64,000 nucleotides of DNA, taken from IMG/VR virus record IMGVR_UViG_3300008261_001827, positions 44,894-108,893 of that record, one strand, 5' to 3'. Shown piece by piece: positions 62,029-64,000 of the stretch. The stretch is from a virus. Taxonomy: Duplodnaviria; Heunggongvirae; Uroviricota; Caudoviricetes. The notes under the pieces were generated by a model that did no database searches, had not been told where the DNA came from, and saw only the letters and a list, made by a program, of their open reading frames with translations. Within the stretch, counting starts at the first letter, position 1; the number at the start of each line of letters is the position of its first letter. The position numbers were made by a program, and so were the translations under genes.

Positions 62029-63203
62029 TTTATATTCCTTATTATATCTGCGACCATGTTTATATTATCGTCTAAGTTGACACAGTCGTTTCCTATAAAG
62101 AATCCATTTTCATGAAGATCGTCCGCGCCTTCAAATGTTCCAACACTATCCCAGTTCAAAAGATTGATCACTGGGTTCTTCATAAAGTTTCCTGCCACGA
62201 TCGGTCTCGTTTCTACCTCACGTTGTGTAAGAACTTGAATGACTTCTTTTCTTCTTCCCTTTAGGTGTCCTTCTAGGACCAATCCAAAACCAAACCAACT
62301 ACTGGTACCATGCTCGGATTGTAATCTAATACCAGGGACGTTGCGAAACGCTGCTTTGGCTGTAGTTGCGTTCTGTCTGCGTTTCGTCATCATATCCGGC
62401 CACTTTCTGAGTTGTTCTTGCCCAACAGCACCACTCATCTCAAGCGGACGAACGCAATAGCCAGGAAGAACGAACTTAAAGCTATCCTCGAACGGATCGC
62501 CAGTTTTCTGATGTAGAGCACTACCTTCAGACATATCACGTATCCAGCCATGTGCTCTTAGACTCTTTAGGTACTCGTATGTTAGGTTGTCGTTCGTAAG
62601 AACCATTCCGCCTTCCATAGTCTGCATGTGATGGCTAAAGAAGAAACTGAACGTACCCATCTCGCCAACGGATCCACAGAATGATGAACCTTCCCAAGCT
62701 CCTAGACTCTCACAGTTATCCTCAAGAAGAGCAATGCCGCGCTCGTCGCATATCGTCTTAAGTTCTTCAAGTTCTGCTGGGTTGCCTAATAGGTTAACAA
62801 CAAACACCGCAGCTGTCTCGTCATCTATCGCGTCAATCACCTTCTTTGTATCTATATTGAATGTGTTAGGATCCACATCAACGAAGCGAAGCTTATAACC
62901 CCACTGATGTACTGGGAAATACGTTGTGCTCCAACTCACCGCAGGAACAATGATGTTTCCTTTATTCTTGTACTTAGGATTGAGAGCAAGCGCAGCAAGT
63001 GCTATTAGGTTAGCGCTACTCCCACTATTCGTCATGACTGCGTATTTACTACCGAAGAACTTGGCAAATTGTTTTTCAAATTTCTTAACCTCTTCACCCA
63101 TAGTATACCGCCCGCTTGCGATTACACGATGAATTGCGTCTATCTCTTCCCGGCCCCAGGTGTCACTCGCAAGTTTGTACTTCATTTCATACTGCCCTTC
63201 CAT
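62025..63203 (-). CDS. DegT/DnrJ/EryC1-family PLP enzyme, ColD-like (GDP-4-keto-6-deoxy-D-mannose 3-dehydratase-like)
   Basis: FSFFFSHHMQTMEGG: a His-His pair replaces the usual PLP-binding Lys, as in ColD/E1 dehydratases. Adjacent to gmd. Confidence 0.7.
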   Translation of the reverse strand: MEGQYEMKYKLASDTWGREEIDAIHRVIASGRYTMGEEVKKFEKQFAKFFGSKYAVMTNSGSSANLIALAALALNPKYKNKGNIIVPAVSWSTTYFPVHQWGYKLRFVDVDPNTFNIDTKKVIDAIDDETAAVFVVNLLGNPAELEELKTICDERGIALLEDNCESLGAWEGSSFCGSVGEMGTFSFFFSHHMQTMEGGMVLTNDNLTYEYLKSLRAHGWIRDMSEGSALHQKTGDPFEDSFKFVLPGYCVRPLEMSGAVGQEQLRKWPDMMTKRRQNATTAKAAFRNVPGIRLQSEHGTSSWFGFGLVLEGHLKGRRKEVIQVLTQREVETRPIVAGNFMKNPVINLLNWDSVGTFEGADDLHENGFFIGNDCVNLDDNINMVADIIRNIK

Positions 63204-63925
63204 TGTGTTATACTATTTATGAATTTAAATGTTTTCTTGTTCGTAATTTCTTCCATTGTAAACTGCCCCCACGAAAGACTTGCAAATAGTTGTGTTCTTT
63301 CTTTTTCTTTCAATTTTTCCAACTCAGAAAAAGAATGCGTTAATGGATATGCTGCGCAGTATCTTTCACATATGACCGGTATACCTCTTTCCAAAGCAGT
63401 AAGCGCAACCGCACTGTTAAACGCGACGACACAATACGCATTATTAAGAACGTTATCAAGAGATTCATCATAATGATATTTTTCTGTATTTTTAGCAGTA
63501 ATCATTAGATTGTCCATAACTGGACCAGACTTTCTTCTAACTACTATTGGCCTATCGGTGTACTCTTTTATTTTTTTAATCGTTTCGGCTTCCCAATTTG
63601 TTTTATTAAATACTCTAGCGACAGTATCACTAGGCGGAAAAACAACAATATTCTGTTTCTTATTGAAATTGTATTCTTTAAATTTAATATCAAATAGTTT
63701 CAAACGTTCGGCGTCAACATTCGGTAATATAGTGTTTTGAACAAATCCATTCTTTGTCACTCGCATCCAATTTGGATATTTGTAACCTGGATTAAAGTAT
63801 GCATGATCTATATAATAAAAATTAAGATTATCACGCAAGGCCATGTTTAGGATATGCGCGTTTCCTCTTAATAAGCCTGCAAAAGCTACTGAGTTATAGC
63901 CAGGTAATAGATTTTTAACTTTCAC
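63182..63925 (-). CDS. Hypothetical protein, possible GT-B-like glycosyltransferase
   Basis: NAYCVVAFNSAVALTALERGIPVI resembles a GT-B C-terminal donor-binding motif. Confidence 0.4.
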   Translation of the reverse strand: MKVKNLLPGYNSVAFAGLLRGNAHILNMALRDNLNFYYIDHAYFNPGYKYPNWMRVTKNGFVQNTILPNVDAERLKLFDIKFKEYNFNKKQNIVVFPPSDTVARVFNKTNWEAETIKKIKEYTDRPIVVRRKSGPVMDNLMITAKNTEKYHYDESLDNVLNNAYCVVAFNSAVALTALERGIPVICERYCAAYPLTHSFSELEKLKEKERTQLFASLSWGQFTMEEITNKKTFKFINSITQWKGSMK

Positions 63926-64000
63926 TTGTGAACTTTGGCTCTGAAATACTTGATGCCGCGTGTAAATTATTTTCGCATCACTAGAATGACCGAATGACTT

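Noticed and set aside
63214-63221. Possible late promoter TATTTATG upstream of the ColD-like gene
   Set aside because: One mismatch to the TATAAATA reverse complement. It lies inside the coding region of the upstream gene. Not convincing without transcript mapping.
1-64000. tRNA or other structured RNA genes in intergenic regions
   Set aside because: Intergenic gaps are mostly under 60 nt. The longer gaps (45857-46012, 48381-48425, 52047-52193, 38283-38470) were read for cloverleaf-compatible stems. None was found without a covariance-model search, so none is reported.

Overview
This window is a 64-kb stretch of a T4-like myovirus genome.

Layout. Bases 1-10322 carry the plus-strand late structural module in classic T4 order: the large-terminase C-terminus, tail sheath gp18, tail tube gp19, portal gp20, a large repeat protein, prohead protease gp21, scaffold gp22 and major capsid protein gp23. 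Canonical T4 late promoters (TATAAATA) precede gp18, gp21, gp22 and gp23. A tandem-hairpin terminator closes the module.

From 10388 to the window end almost every gene is on the minus strand. Bases 10388-48380 form a dense early/middle region driven by at least 12 copies of a conserved sigma70-like promoter, which reads TTGACA-TTCGTTTAGAATCAGT-N-TATTCT on the transcribed strand. This region encodes:
- replication and nucleotide-metabolism functions: RNase H, Dda helicase, gp61 primase, NrdA/NrdB, ThyA, DHFR, glutaredoxin, MazG, a dNMP-kinase-like protein and PhoH;
- an RNA-repair set: an Rnl1-like RNA ligase plus separate Pnk-like kinase and HAD-phosphatase genes;
- a GapR-like DUF2312 protein and a DUF932 protein;
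- a membrane/respiratory module: alternative oxidase (AOX), a class I cytochrome c, a GDSL hydrolase and an SPFH/band-7 protein;
- a SleB-like cell-wall hydrolase.

Bases 48426-58738 are late genes: a lysis cassette (GH19 endolysin plus overlapped i-/o-spanins) and a cluster of genes whose products start with a T4 internal-protein-like capsid-targeting leader (MKSFKQF..E). These include a P-loop kinase fused to a sigma70 region-4 helix-turn-helix, and an 867-aa protein with an NMNAT/PPAT-type nucleotidyltransferase domain.

Bases 58778-64000 encode a nucleotide-sugar/glycosylation cluster: GDP-mannose 4,6-dehydratase, a ColD-like PLP dehydratase, an SDR, two GT42-like glycosyltransferases and two further glycosyltransferases.

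No rRNA, tRNA, CRISPR array or transposable element was found. Host-linked genes (GapR/DUF2312, cytochrome c2-like, SleB) suggest an alphaproteobacterial host; that is an inference.
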